A stretch of DNA of 64,000 bases from an uncultured Actinomycetes bacterium (GCA_963704035.1 CAVPGR010000004.1:1439138-1503137); one strand, 5' to 3'. Counted from the stretch's first letter, positions 19,755 to 31,193 are shown. A program made the numbers and translations. Notes: generated by a model from the letters alone, not told the origin.

Positions 19755-22700
19755 GATCCCCGACCCCCTTGTCTCCGCTTCTCCGCCTCCGCCAGCTCGT
19801 CGGGTGCCGCCAGTTCGACGTAACCACGCAGCTCGGGCGCCAGGATGCTTGCGCTCCCACTCGCGGTACCGGTCACTGCCTTCGAGCCCGTCGGGATCAC
19901 ACCACGGGCACTCGATGAAGCCCTTCCAACCACCCGGTCGATCGGGGTGCGGGGGAAAGACGCCGGCGTCTATCCCGTCGGTGATCGTCGCCAACGTGTC
20001 ACGGAACACGTCGAGGATCGTCGTCGGTCACCTCGTAGCCGATCCAACGAAAGCTCCGCTTCGACGTCACGAACCAGTACGCGGCCGACACCGATGTCGT
20101 GTCCGTACCGAACTCACGGCGCGCCGCGAGTGCATAGACGGGGAGCTGGAGCTTGGTACGCCGACCGTCGGGTCCTCGCCCTTGCCGATGCCACCGAACG
20201 CGTAGTCGCTGCCGGTCTTGTAGTCGATCACGACGAGATCGCCGTCGGCTCCCACGTCGACCCTGTCGGCGCTCCCGCGGAAGCGCAGCGTCCTTCCGTC
20301 GCCGAGGGAGACCTCGAGCGCCGGTGACTCCTCGGAGAACCCGAACGCCAACTCGGACAGCGACGGGCGCCAACCGGGACACGAGCCGCCGGTCGTCGTC
20401 TTTGGTGAGCAACATGTCGAGGTCACGAAGAATCGTGCGCCGTTTGCGCCGCCACAGCACAGCTCGACCGGTGAGCCCACGCGCCTCGAACTCGTCGCAG
20501 ACCGCACCACCGAGCTCCTGGAGCCGCGCACGGTGTTTCTTCGTCCACTTGCGGCCGGCACCCGGTCGGTTCTCGACGTCCTCGAGAACCTCCTTGACGA
20601 ACCGGTCGAGAGCCTCGTGAACGATGTTGCCGAGATCGAGTGCAGCGATCTCGAGTTGCTCCTCGGGAGTGTCGGGTTCGCCGAGACCCAGCACCGACTC
20701 CATGAAGTAGCGGTGCGGGCACTTCACCCACGTCTCGAGACGGCGTCGGGGACACGATCACGTCGGAATCCGAGGGGGCGGGCACGTCGTGACCGGCCAG
20801 GTTGCCGTCGAAGCGGGTGAAGGAGCGGGACTGGCGGGCGCGCACCAGACGCAGATCCGGACGCCAGGACGGGATCCTCGGTGGCGAGCGGGTGCGAGTC
20901 GATCCGACCGCCCGCGTGGTGGTCTTCGAGCAGGACGCGCAGGTCGTAGTCCTGCACGGTCGCCGGGAACACCACGCGAGACAGGCCCCGCGACGTAAGA
21001 CTCGATCTCGGTGAGCCACGGCGACGTGCGCCGTGTAGAGCGACTCGAGGTCGTCGGCGTAGAGGCGGTCACCGCCGTGCAGGGTCTGGAGCGTGTCGAG
21101 CCAGAACCGCGACGGCATCCGCTCGGTGGAGCGGCGCAGATCGCCGCGGGGGAAGCACAACACGGAGTCGCCCGTGGTGGAGGCGAGCACGGCGAGGAGC
21201 GCCCGGTGATCGTCGTCGGGGCGTGCACCACGAAGCTGTAGCTCACCGCCGAGCGACCTCACGTTCGTCGTCGGGAAGGAGCGAGTCCTCGCGATGGCGG
21301 CCGGGAACGTGCCTTCGGCGAGACCGAGCACGACGACCCGGTCGAACTCCACGCCGAGGCCCATCGGGACCCGCCCCATGAGGAGGCCGTCACCGAACCG
21401 GCCGACGCGACCGAGGCCGCTGTCGAGCTCCATCTCGAGGGTGCGGCGGAACACCGCCAGCGAGGGTGGGTTCGACGCCGTCGAGGCCGGCGAGCCGGTC
21501 GAGCGCCTGTTCGACCCGTTCGGCGGCGCGACCTCGTGGTCGGGCCAGGCGTCGCCGGCTGACGGTCGTCGCCGAGAAGTCGTCGAACGAGAGCGTGGGC
21601 CCAGGCCGCCTTGTCCGCCCACGTCGGAGGTAGCTGCGTGGGCGTCGAGCTCGGCGGCGAGCTGCTCCACGAAGTCGCGCAGATCCGCGGCGTGGTGCGA
21701 TCTCGCGTTCGAGGGACTCGACCCGGGCTCCCGGTCGGTGCGTATGCCGTTCGCGCCGCCAGCTCCGCCGTGCGTTCCTCGATCCGCCGGTCGAGTCGTC
21801 GCCGCCACTCGCCGACCCCGCGTACGACTCCCGCCCGGCGACTGACCCGCTCCCACGCCGAGACCGGAACGAGCCGCCCGTCGTCGCCTCGTACGGGAGC
21901 GGAGGCGAGCAGGGCGAGGACGTCCTGACGACGGAAGTCGTGGTCGGGCAACGCCAGAGCGCCGAGGAGCGTGCGCCCCACGACGCTCTCGTCCACCGTG
22001 CGGACAGCTGCACCGTTGTGGGCGATGCCGGCGGCCTCCAGTTGCTCGTGGACGATGCGCGCGTACGGCTCGTCGGATCCGTAGAGGATCGCCATCCGAT
22101 CGAGGAGGTCACCCGTCGCGCAGCGCCTTCGACGACGAGGCGGACCGCCGCCCGCACCTCGTCGTCGGCGTCGCACGCACTCACGAGTCGCGTGCCGTGA
22201 GGGCTCGGGATCGTGCCGTCGGCTCCGCGGAAGTCTTCGTCGTCCGGACCGAGGTCGTCCGCACCGAGCCCGAGGCGCGCAGGTCGTCGCGCACCGCTGC
22301 GTCCGCGTCGTTCGACGCCGGTGCATCCGGCGATCACGTGACCGGAGCGTGCTCGGCCAAGGCCCAGGACGAGCGCGGCCTGCGGGGTCGAGAACCGTTG
22401 GGGGAGGTAGCATCGGCGATCGTGCCCAGATCCGCGAGAACGGCGGAACCGTCACCGAGGACCGTGACCGCCGCGTCCATGAGGTCGTGCTCGTCGTACC
22501 AGCCGTCCGTGAGGGTGGCGCGGGTGGCCCGGTGGATGCGGACCACGTCGGCGGCCCCGGTCGGACTGCTCGGCGAGACGATCGAGGGGTGGAGCTCGAG
22601 GTCACTCAGCTCGTGGTGCGCGCGGACCAGCGATTCCTCGGTGGTGGGGTGTTCACGCACGTCGGCGAACATGCCGGGATCGTTCGCCAGCACGTCGCGG

Positions 22701-23010
22701 ATCGCGGCGGCGATCACCGGCGTGGAGACGGGACGACGGCCCGCGAGGCCGCCAGGCGCGGCGCTCCGAGCATCTCGGCGATCCGGTAGAGCGTCAGCAG
22801 TGTGACTCCGACGATGCCGTCGCCGGCCGGCGTCACGGCTCCGTGGCGGCCCTCGGCGAGCATTCGACGTGTGGCCACGCCGACGTAGTTGGTCGGCACG
22901 ACGATGCTCACCGGTGCCAGCGGATCGCCGGTCTTCGCGCGAGAAAGGACGCCGTGGAGTGTTTCGGCCGCGCGGGGCCCGTACGGCGTCGTCAGGAGTT
23001 GGATGCTCAT
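19750..23010 (-). CDS. AddB/AdnA-like degenerate helicase plus PD-(D/E)XK nuclease; many frameshifts; 3' end approximate
   Basis: DPLAPVSIVVPTN, EFDRVVVLGLAEGTFP, PSRFW, KCPHRYF...GNIVHEAL, RGSADRVD, VIDYKTG, LQLPVYALA, CPWCD. Confidence 0.85.
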
Positions 23011-23019
23011 CTCGGGCCG

Positions 23020-23041
23020 ATCGTAGGCCGGGGGTGGGACC
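23020..23041 (-). promoter_or_regulatory. PafBC-type (RecA-NDp-like) promoter upstream of the helicase-nuclease operon
   Basis: Minus strand GGTCCC-N10-TACGAT, 9 nt before ATG 23010; compare consensus TGTCGG-N10-TA-N3-T. Confidence 0.55.
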
Positions 23042-23112
23042 TGCCGGTTCGTCCGTCGTCCTTCTGGGGGCGGGCACAATGGTGACCGGCACCGAAATCA
23101 TCGGAGGGCGAC

Positions 23113-24045
23113 ATGCCACCGGACCCCGAGGAGCGACCGCTGCTACGTCCGGCTGTGGCGGAGCGACTCCTGCACCTGGCTGCCTACCTCAAGCGTGAAG
23201 CCTCCAACGGCCGGGGCGTCACCCTCGAGAACATCACCGACGACCTGCCCGACTACGCAGGCGGCAACTACGAAGGCGTCCGCAAGAAGCTCCGGCGAGA
23301 CCTGACCGAGCTCGAGGAGTCGTTCGGAATCGGTGTCGACGTGAGCGACGAGGGTGAGTACCGCCTTCGGGATCCGTTCCTCGGCACCGACGAGCGTCGT
23401 GCGCTCTTCGCCGCCGCGGCGGCCGTTCACGTGGACGACGACCTCCGGCTCCGACCCGGAGACCTGGCCGGCGGAGTCGACAGCGACGATGCCTCGGTGT
23501 GGATGTACGTCCACCGCATGGTGCGGGCACTCACCGATGCCATCGCGGAACGCCGCACCGTCGAGTTCGTCCACGACGGCGTGCGTCGCAGCGTCGAGCC
23601 CTGGGCACTCGGGCACTGGCGCCGGCGCTGGTACCTGGTCGGAAGAGACCGTGACCGGGGAGAAATTCGTCGGTTCCGTCTGGATCGGATCGAGGAGGAA
23701 GGTGACGGATCGGTCACGTCCGTCGGCCCGCCGGGGTCCTACGAGATCCCCGAGGAGTTCGAGCCGGCAAAGGCCTTCGACCTGCATCCCGACGCATGGG
23801 GCCACGACCCGCCCGCCCGGGCGCGGTTGCTCGTCGATCGCCAGGTCGCCGGACCGCTGGCGACACAGCTCCAGGGTGCCGTAACGGGCGAAGAGGGCGA
23901 CCGCCTGGTCGTCGAGGCGGAAATCCGCCACTACGACGCGTTCGTCGACCGGATCCTCGCTGCCGGAGACAGGGCCGTGGTGGTGGAGCCACCGGTCCTG
24001 GTGGAGCGTGTCCGTGACCACCTGCGGGGCCTGGTGGAGTCATGA
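23113..24045 (+). CDS. WYL-domain transcriptional regulator, PafB-like
   Basis: ERLLHL N-terminal HTH; RSVEPW...WYLVG..D...RRFRLDRI; C-terminal WCX-like region. Confidence 0.9.
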   Translation: MPPDPEERPLLRPAVAERLLHLAAYLKREASNGRGVTLENITDDLPDYAGGNYEGVRKKLRRDLTELEESFGIGVDVSDEGEYRLRDPFLGTDERRALFAAAAAVHVDDDLRLRPGDLAGGVDSDDASVWMYVHRMVRALTDAIAERRTVEFVHDGVRRSVEPWALGHWRRRWYLVGRDRDRGEIRRFRLDRIEEEGDGSVTSVGPPGSYEIPEEFEPAKAFDLHPDAWGHDPPARARLLVDRQVAGPLATQLQGAVTGEEGDRLVVEAEIRHYDAFVDRILAAGDRAVVVEPPVLVERVRDHLRGLVES

Positions 24046-25001
24046 GCGCCGTGGGGAGGAGCCGACGGTTTGACGTCGTTCTCGCCGCTCTCGCCCTCGC
24101 CGAGGAGCGCGGGGCGGTGAGCCTCGCCGACGCTGCCGCGGCATCCGACGTCGACCCCGACACGCTGCGCACCCTGTTGGAACCCGTGCTCTATCTCGAC
24201 TTTCGCCTCACCGCTCGAGGTGGGCGGCTCGGGAGGGAGATCGACGAGTCGCGGGCGTTTCTTCTCACCGAGGACGACGTCCTCGTTTCCGAACAGTCCC
24301 ACTGGTTGCGCGACCTGATGACCGAACCTCCGGAGCGTGAGGTCACGTTGCACCTGCTGACGGCCGGGCTCGCGTACAGGGCGGGGACCGGAGCAGAGCG
24401 CCCCGACCTCGACCGGGCGGTCGCGCGCCTCGGCGATGCGCTCGGTGCGACGGTCCACGTCGCCATGGACGTGCCACCCATGCTGGCGATCGCGCGTGAG
24501 GCGGCGCGGGAAGGCCGAACCCTTTGCTTCGGGTACGTCAAGGCCGGGCTGGCCGAGTCAGCTGACCGCGAGGTCGAACCACATCGCGTGTTCTGCAGCT
24601 GGGGCAACTGGTACGTCTACGGACCCGAAGTGGGTGGCGAACAACCCAAGTACTTCCGCGTGGACCGGATGACCCGAGCAGAGTTGGGGAGTGGCTCGAT
24701 CGGGGAGCCGACCGAACTCGAGCTTCCGGACTTCTTCGACCTCTCCGATCACGCCGTCGACCTGGAACTGCGCGTACCCCGGTCGTGCCTGCGGATGCTC
24801 GAAGCCGACTACCGGGTCCGGGACGTGCGCGGTGTCTCCGACAATGCGGACCTCGTCGACGTCGAGTTGACGGCGTACGGAGAAGCCACGCTTGATCACC
24901 TGTTGCTCCGGTTGCCGCCCGAGGCGGGGTTCGTCGCCCCACACTCGCTGGCGCAGCGTCGCCGCGACCTCGCCACGGGTGTCTTGGCGCTCTACGACTG
25001 A
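24042..25001 (+). CDS. WYL-domain transcriptional regulator, PafC-like
   Basis: ATGA overlap with the upstream gene; REVEPHRV...WYV...YFRVDRM. Confidence 0.88.
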   Translation: MSAVGRSRRFDVVLAALALAEERGAVSLADAAAASDVDPDTLRTLLEPVLYLDFRLTARGGRLGREIDESRAFLLTEDDVLVSEQSHWLRDLMTEPPEREVTLHLLTAGLAYRAGTGAERPDLDRAVARLGDALGATVHVAMDVPPMLAIAREAAREGRTLCFGYVKAGLAESADREVEPHRVFCSWGNWYVYGPEVGGEQPKYFRVDRMTRAELGSGSIGEPTELELPDFFDLSDHAVDLELRVPRSCLRMLEADYRVRDVRGVSDNADLVDVELTAYGEATLDHLLLRLPPEAGFVAPHSLAQRRRDLATGVLALYD

Positions 25002-25594
25002 TCGGGGTCGCGGGGTTCGCGCCACATGGTTCGAAAGACCGGGGCACCTTTGCCGACATCGAGTTCCTCGCGGACCTCGAAACCCCTGCGCATGTAGAAG
25101 GGCTCGTTTTCCGGGTTCGAGCTCTCGAGGTAGCAGGGAAGACCTTCGGCATCTGCTCTGGCGGTCATCACGCTCACGAGTGACGCGCCGAGCCCTTCGC
25201 CCTGTCGGCCGGGGTGGGTTCCCAGTGTCTCGAGGTAGTAGTGGTGCTCGCGCGGGTGCGCCTTCTCGATCCGACGGATGGCCCTGATGCCCGCTCCGGA
25301 GCGGAACCCCCGCAGTCCCGCGGGCATCATGCGGACTATCTCGGTGAAGCCCGGCTTCCACTTGTCCACATCGCGCCACATGGCGACGGCTGCGACATCC
25401 GGCGTGACAAATGTGAGGTGGTCAGAATCGCTGAGAACAGCGCCGAGTTCCGCGCGGAAGTACGCCCGCAGATGCCGCTCTCCCGCGTTGGAGCGACGTA
25501 TCCACGACATGAGCGGATCCGCGAGGAACGCGGCGCCCAGGGTGGCAGCAGCGGCTGCGCGGTCGGCTTTGTCGGCCCGGCGGGGTTCGGTCAC
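24992..25594 (-). CDS. GNAT N-acetyltransferase
   Basis: HYYLETLGTHPGRQGEGLG, CYLESSN, FYMRRGF. Confidence 0.9.
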   Translation of the reverse strand: MTEPRRADKADRAAAAATLGAAFLADPLMSWIRRSNAGERHLRAYFRAELGAVLSDSDHLTFVTPDVAAVAMWRDVDKWKPGFTEIVRMMPAGLRGFRSGAGIRAIRRIEKAHPREHHYYLETLGTHPGRQGEGLGASLVSVMTARADAEGLPCYLESSNPENEPFYMRRGFEVREELDVGKGAPVFRTMWREPRDPDQS

Positions 25595-25660
25595 GGCTGT
25601 GGCTTTCGAAGATCGCGAAATGGGATCTCCTGTCTACATCAACGAGGAACGGCCTCCGGG

Positions 25661-26548
25661 TCAGGCCCGTCGGTACGGTGCGGAGTGCTCCCAGTCCGCG
25701 AGCAGAGTCCGGAGGCCGGCAATCAGGGGGAGTGGCTGATCGAGCATCACGTGGTGCCAAGCCAGCGGAATCTCGATGACGGGGGCCACGCGTCCGAGTT
25801 GCTCGTACATGTAGTCGCCGATGTCGGGGGTCACGAGCCCGAACTCTGACCGGAACAGCGCCACGCGGCTCTTCACTCGCTGGAGGCTGTCACCGGTCGG
25901 AAACCGGAAGCTGAAGATGCTGGGATCGAACTTCCACGTCCATCCGTCATCGGTGCGTCGAAGCGATTCCCGTGCAACGTGCTCGATGATGAACGGAAGC
26001 GACGTGGGTTGGTCCGGGACCGTGCGGTACTTCTCGAGAGCCGCTTCGAGCGTGGGATAGGTGCGCAGCGGCCCGAACGCCTCTTTTCGCTTCGCGGCCT
26101 GTTCTTCCGGAGCGAGCCGCCAGACCGGTGTGTCGAGAATCATGATCCCGGCGAGTCGATCGCCGAACTCCGCCGCCGCGGTGATGGCGACCCACCCACC
26201 CATGCTGTGGGCGATGACGATCGGCGGTCCGGTGATCCCGGCCTGCTCGGCCACGGCGAGCACCTCCGTCGCCCAGGTCTCGTGGACGTAGTGCTCGCGT
26301 CGACCGCTGTCACCGTGGCCCGAGAGGTCGATCGCCGCCACCCGGTACTCGTTCTGGGCAACCAGCGGCGCGACGTGGTCCCACCAGTGCGAGTTGGCAC
26401 CGCCGCCGTGCACCAGCACGATGCCGGGACGGTCGGGTTCTCCCCAGCGCTGGGCGTGGACAGGGCAACCGTCGACCTCGACGGTGTCGCTATCGGAGGG
26501 CGCGGCCAGAGCGTCCTGGAACCATTCGGGAGACGTCACGCCCTGCAT
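25661..26548 (-). CDS. Alpha/beta fold hydrolase
   Basis: VHGGGA, DLSGHGDS, AHSMGG, HHVMLDQP. Confidence 0.9.
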   Translation of the reverse strand: MQGVTSPEWFQDALAAPSDSDTVEVDGCPVHAQRWGEPDRPGIVLVHGGGANSHWWDHVAPLVAQNEYRVAAIDLSGHGDSGRREHYVHETWATEVLAVAEQAGITGPPIVIAHSMGGWVAITAAAEFGDRLAGIMILDTPVWRLAPEEQAAKRKEAFGPLRTYPTLEAALEKYRTVPDQPTSLPFIIEHVARESLRRTDDGWTWKFDPSIFSFRFPTGDSLQRVKSRVALFRSEFGLVTPDIGDYMYEQLGRVAPVIEIPLAWHHVMLDQPLPLIAGLRTLLADWEHSAPYRRA

Positions 26549-26650
26549 GGTCCCATGTCGGTCCGGGCTTCGCCGTCCGTCGGGCAGGAATTCCGTCCCG
26601 GACCTCCCGCGGGTGCATGATGCAGCCTCTGTGAGGCGGTGTCGGGAGCG

Positions 26651-28547
26651 ATGACGGAGCAAGCGCGCGCGAAGAAGACACGGACCGCCTCGTACACGGC
26701 CATGCTGTCGTTGGGCGCGCTCGGCGTCGTCTACGGCGACATCGGAACGAGTCCCCTGTACGCACTGCGCGAGTCGTTCGAGGGATCCGGACACGAGATC
26801 GCCGTCGCCGACGCAAACGTCCTCGGTCTGTTGTCGCTCATCTTCTGGTCGCTGATCATCGTCATCACCCTCAAGTACCTGGTTTTCGTCATGCGGGCCG
26901 ACAACGAGGGCGAGGGAGGGATCCTCGCCCTCACGTCGCTGGTGACCCCCCGCACTCCCCGCGAGGGCAACGGTCGACGGCGACGGTGGGTGCTGATCCT
27001 CGTCGGTCTCTTCGGAACGGCGTTGTTGTACGGCGACGGCATGATCACGCCGGCGATCTCGGTGCTGAGCGCCGTGGAAGGAACCCAGGTGGCCGCGCCC
27101 GGTCTCGAGGACCTGGTGATCCCGATCTCCGTGGTGATTCTCGTGGGGCTCTTCGCCGTCCAGCGTTGGGGCACCGGCGTCGTCGGACGTGTGTTCGGGC
27201 CGATCATGATTCTCTGGTTCGTGGTGATCGGAACCCTGGGGGCGATCGAGATCGTGCAGCACCCCGACGTTCTGCGTGCGATCAGCCCGACGTATGCGGT
27301 TCAGTTCTTCGCCGACAACTCGTGGACGGGTTTCCTCGCGCTCGGGTCGGTGTTCCTCGTCGTCACGGGTGGGGAGGCCCTGTACGCGGACATGGGTCAC
27401 TTCGGTCACGGTCCGATCGCCATCAGTTGGTTCGTGCTCGTCCTCCCCGGTCTCCTGCTCAACTACTTCGGGCAGGGTGCGCTCCTCATCAACGATCCGT
27501 CCGCGATCGACAACCCCTTCTACCGGATGGCCCCCGAGTGGGGCCTCTACCCGCTCGTCGTCCTCGCGACGATGGCGACGGTGATCGCATCCCAGGCGCT
27601 GATATCCGGCGCGTTCTCGTTGACGCGTCAGGCCGCACAGCTCGGGTACGTCGCCGCGACTGAAGATCATCCACACGTCGGCCAGCGGAGGTGGGACAGA
27701 CCTACGTCCCCGCCATCAACTGGGTGCTGATGATCGCCTGTGTCGGCCTCGTCATCGGCTTCAAGGAGTCGTCGGGTCTGGCGGCCGCCTACGGCGTGGC
27801 CGTCACCACGACCATGGTGATCACGACGGTGCTGTTCTTCGTTGTGGCCCGCGAGGTCTTCAAATGGTCACTGGCTGCGGCCGTCACGGTGTGCGGTGCG
27901 TTCTTCGTCGTCGACCTGGCCTTCTTCGGCGCCAACCTGCCCAAGATCCCCCACGGCGGTTGGTTTCCGCTCGTCGTCGGCCTCATCGTGTTCACGTTGC
28001 TCACGACCTGGTACACCGGGCGCCGCCTGGTGGGCGAGCGCATCCAGCGCCGCCAGACCGATCTCGCCCGCTTCATCAGCAGCGCCGTGAAGGGCGACCA
28101 CGAGCGAGTCCCGGGCACGGCCGTCTACATGTACAGCGTCCCCGGCACCACACCACCGGCGTTGCTCGCGAACTTCCGTCACAACAAGGTCCTCCACGAG
28201 GACGTCCTCGTGGTGTCGATCGTCACCGACGACGTACCCCGGGTGCACCCAGTGCGCCGCGTGAAGACGAAGGAACTCGGTCACGGGATCCGAGAGGTCG
28301 CCCTGCACTACGGATTCATGGAGAGCCCCGACGTGCCACACGCCCTGGCGCGGCTCGGAATCGGCGAGGCCGACACGACGTACTTCCTCGGCAAGGAGAC
28401 GGTGCTGGCGACCGCCAGACCGGGGATGGCGCGGCTGGCGAGAGCACCTCTACGTGCTTCATGAGCCGCAACGCGTCGAGCGCCGCGTCGTACTTCAATC
28501 TGCCACCGGACCGCATCTTCGAGGCGGGGATCCAGGTCGAGCTGTAG
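26651..28547 (+). CDS. kup: KUP/HAK/KT potassium transporter, frameshifts near 27660-27690 and 28430
   Basis: [49 protein letters not shown]. Confidence 0.93.
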
Positions 28548-28577
28548 CGGAGCTGTCGCGTCTTCTCCGCCTGCCCC

Positions 28578-28940
28578 TCATTCGGCCCGAGCGATACAGA
28601 ACTCGTTGCCCTCCGGGTCGGCCATCACCTTCCAGGAGAAGCCGAAGATCTCGTGGTCCTCGACGAAACTCCCGCCCAGGTCGATGACCTGTGCTGCGGC
28701 CGCCTCGAGATCGTCGACACCATTGTCGAGGTGTACGGGATTTCGGCCGTCAGGCGTCGCCTCGACGAGTTGGAGTGCGACCGAGATGCCCCCCTCGTGC
28801 TGTGGCTCGAGCCACACGAAGAAGCCCGGCACCTCGCGGGCCACCCCGACACCGAGGAACTCCATCCAGAACTTCTGTTCCTTTTCGAGATCCGTGACGT
28901 TGATCACGACAGCGGACACTGTCCCCACACGCTCACCCAT
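28578..28940 (-). CDS. VOC family protein
   Basis: RNPVHLD, MADPEGNEFCI. Confidence 0.88.
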   Translation of the reverse strand: MGERVGTVSAVVINVTDLEKEQKFWMEFLGVGVAREVPGFFVWLEPQHEGGISVALQLVEATPDGRNPVHLDNGVDDLEAAAAQVIDLGGSFVEDHEIFGFSWKVMADPEGNEFCIARAE

Positions 28941-28994
28941 GTCGCCTCCGTTTGATGCGTCCCTCAGGTACGTATGTGATACCTCAAGGATGCA

Positions 28995-30588
28995 TCAGAT
29001 GGGCACGGGTGCCTGGGCGCCGGAGGCCAGCGACCAGGACGAGGCGGTCGTCACCGGTGACCCCTCGACCTCGGCGTTGTCGACCAGGCGGTACTCCGTG
29101 GTCCAGGTGTTCCTGGTGACGTCGTGGAGGACCCAGCCCCTGCGCATCGCTTCCGCCCAGGCAATGTGTGGGCTGTTCGCCAGCACCGTGTCGACCACAG
29201 CGGCCACGGCGCCGGGGTCCGACGAGATGCCGGGCGCGACGAACTCCGTGCCCAGCGTCGGTGAATCGGGATCGTCGAAGTCCTCGACGAGTTCGCCGAC
29301 CCAACTCGAGTGCACGTCACCCGTCAGGACCACGGGGTTCGACGCGCCGCTGTCGCGCATCGTGGCCAACAGGCGATCCCGCGCGGCCGGGTACCCATCC
29401 CACTGGTCGAGGTTCCACGCGGCGTTTCCCGGAGCGAAGCGCCACTGCTGCATGACGATCTGTTGGACGAGGATGTTCCAGAGAGCGGGTGACGTACCCA
29501 GTTCGTCGTCGATCCACTGCTCTTGTTCCGGGCCGAACACGGTCGTGGCGGGATCGAAGGCGGCGTCGCAGCGGGGGCCCACATCGCCGATCGGGATATC
29601 CGGATTGCCGCATGTCTGCGGTGTGCGGTACTGGCGCGTGTCGAGCACGAGAAAGCGCGCGAGATCACCGAAAGACGTTCGGCGGTAGATGGGCAGGTCC
29701 GGTCCGTCGGGGGCCTCCATCCGTACCGGCATGTGTTCCCACCAGGCCTGGTAGGCCGCGGCACGCCGTGCGAGAAACGACTCCCGGTCGGGAGTCTCGC
29801 TGTCGGCTTCGGGGCTGTCGCTCGTGTAGTTGTTCTCGACCTCGTGGTCGTCCCAGGTCACGAGCCAGGGAGCGACCGCGTGCGCGGCGAGGAGGTCTTC
29901 GTCCTGCTTGTAGAGGGCGTAGCGGTTGCGGTAGCCGTCGATGTCGAGCGCCTCGGGAACCGGGTCGTCGCGCACGACGATCTCGTCGAATCCTTCGCCC
30001 GATGTCGGTGGAGGGTCGCTCGTAGATGTAGTCGCCGCAGTGCACGACGAGATCCGGGTCGTGGTCCGCCAGATCGTCGTAGGCCGTGAAGAAGGCAGCG
30101 TCGTAGTTCTGGCACGACACCTGGCCGAAGCGGAGCCGCTCGGGCGATGCGTCCGGCTTTGGCATCGTGCGTGTCCGCGCGATCTGCGTCTCCCAGTCGC
30201 CGACGAAGAAGCGGTACCAGTAGTGCCGGTCAGCATCGAGGCTGCCAGCATCGACGTGTAGCGAGTGGCCCAGCTCGGGAACGGCGAGTGCGACGCCTTC
30301 GGCCACGACGTCGGATAGCGAGTCGTCGGTGCCGACCTGCCAGCCGACCTCGACGTCGGTGCCGGGCATTCCTCCACCCTCGAGCGGCACCGGCGCCAGG
30401 CGGGTCCACAACACCACGGAGTCGGACGTGGGATCTCCCGAGGCGACTCCGAGCGTGAACGGATCCCTGCCGAGCGGCGGTGGTTTCGCCGGCGACGCAG
30501 CGTCGCTGTCGCCGCGACGGCATGCCGCGAGAAAGGCGGCGGCCGCTGACGCGCCGAGAAAGCTTCGGCGCGTCAGACCCAAAGACAC
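28995..30588 (-). CDS. phoD: PhoD-family alkaline phosphatase, Tat-exported, frameshift near 30000
   Basis: TRRSFLG Tat motif; FTLGVASGDP; HCGDYIYE; WDDHEVENN; LDTRQYR; DQWDGY; TGDVH. Confidence 0.92.
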
Positions 30589-30598
30589 CCCTCGAAAC

Positions 30599-31107
30599 TC
30601 ATTGCGCGACCTGACCGGTCGGCGCACTCGGTCCTGTCGGTGTCGTCCCACCGCCCGTCGTGGTGGTCGACCCGTCCGTGGTGGTCGTAGTTCCGACGCT
30701 ACCGCCGGTCGTCGTGGCGACTACCACCGCCCTTCCGGCTTCGGTGGTGACGGTCGCCGTCTTCGAACGCGGACTTGCCGTCGCCGTCCATGCCGGTCAG
30801 TTCCACCTCGTGGTCTTCGCCATCGCAGGGCACGTCGATGACGTTGCTGCCCGACGGGTCGGGTCCGGATGCGACCAGGTCACCGTCGACCGAGATCTCC
30901 ACGTCGGTGGCTCCGCTGGTTTCCCAACTCGTCTGGACCGTGCCGGTCTCGCCACCCGAACAGTTGGCGCTGTCGGAGACGTCGAAGGAGTCGATGGAGA
31001 TGTCACCGCTGTCGTCGCCTCACCTCCTGTCGTTGCTACATGCGCGCGCCAGACGAGCGACGAGGACCCGCCACACCGATGATGAACATGAGCCTGGTCC
31101 GTCGCAT
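30599..31107 (-). CDS. Putative secreted lipoprotein with Thr/Gly-rich tail; several frameshifts
   Basis: MRRTRLMFIIGVA...ACS start; fragment EISVDGDLVASGPDP...VPCDG; Thr-rich tail; stop just before phoD. Confidence 0.5.
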
Positions 31108-31193
31108 GACAACCTTACCCGAGGAGGACCGAAGTCCGCAGCGTAACCGCCATGGCGCTCTGCAGCGGGAGGCGAGTTCGTAGGATCGACCGG

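Noticed and set aside
15162-25001. Prophage, ICE or transposon boundaries around the nuclease/WYL module
   Set aside because: No integrase, transposase, tRNA target or flanking direct repeats were recognised.
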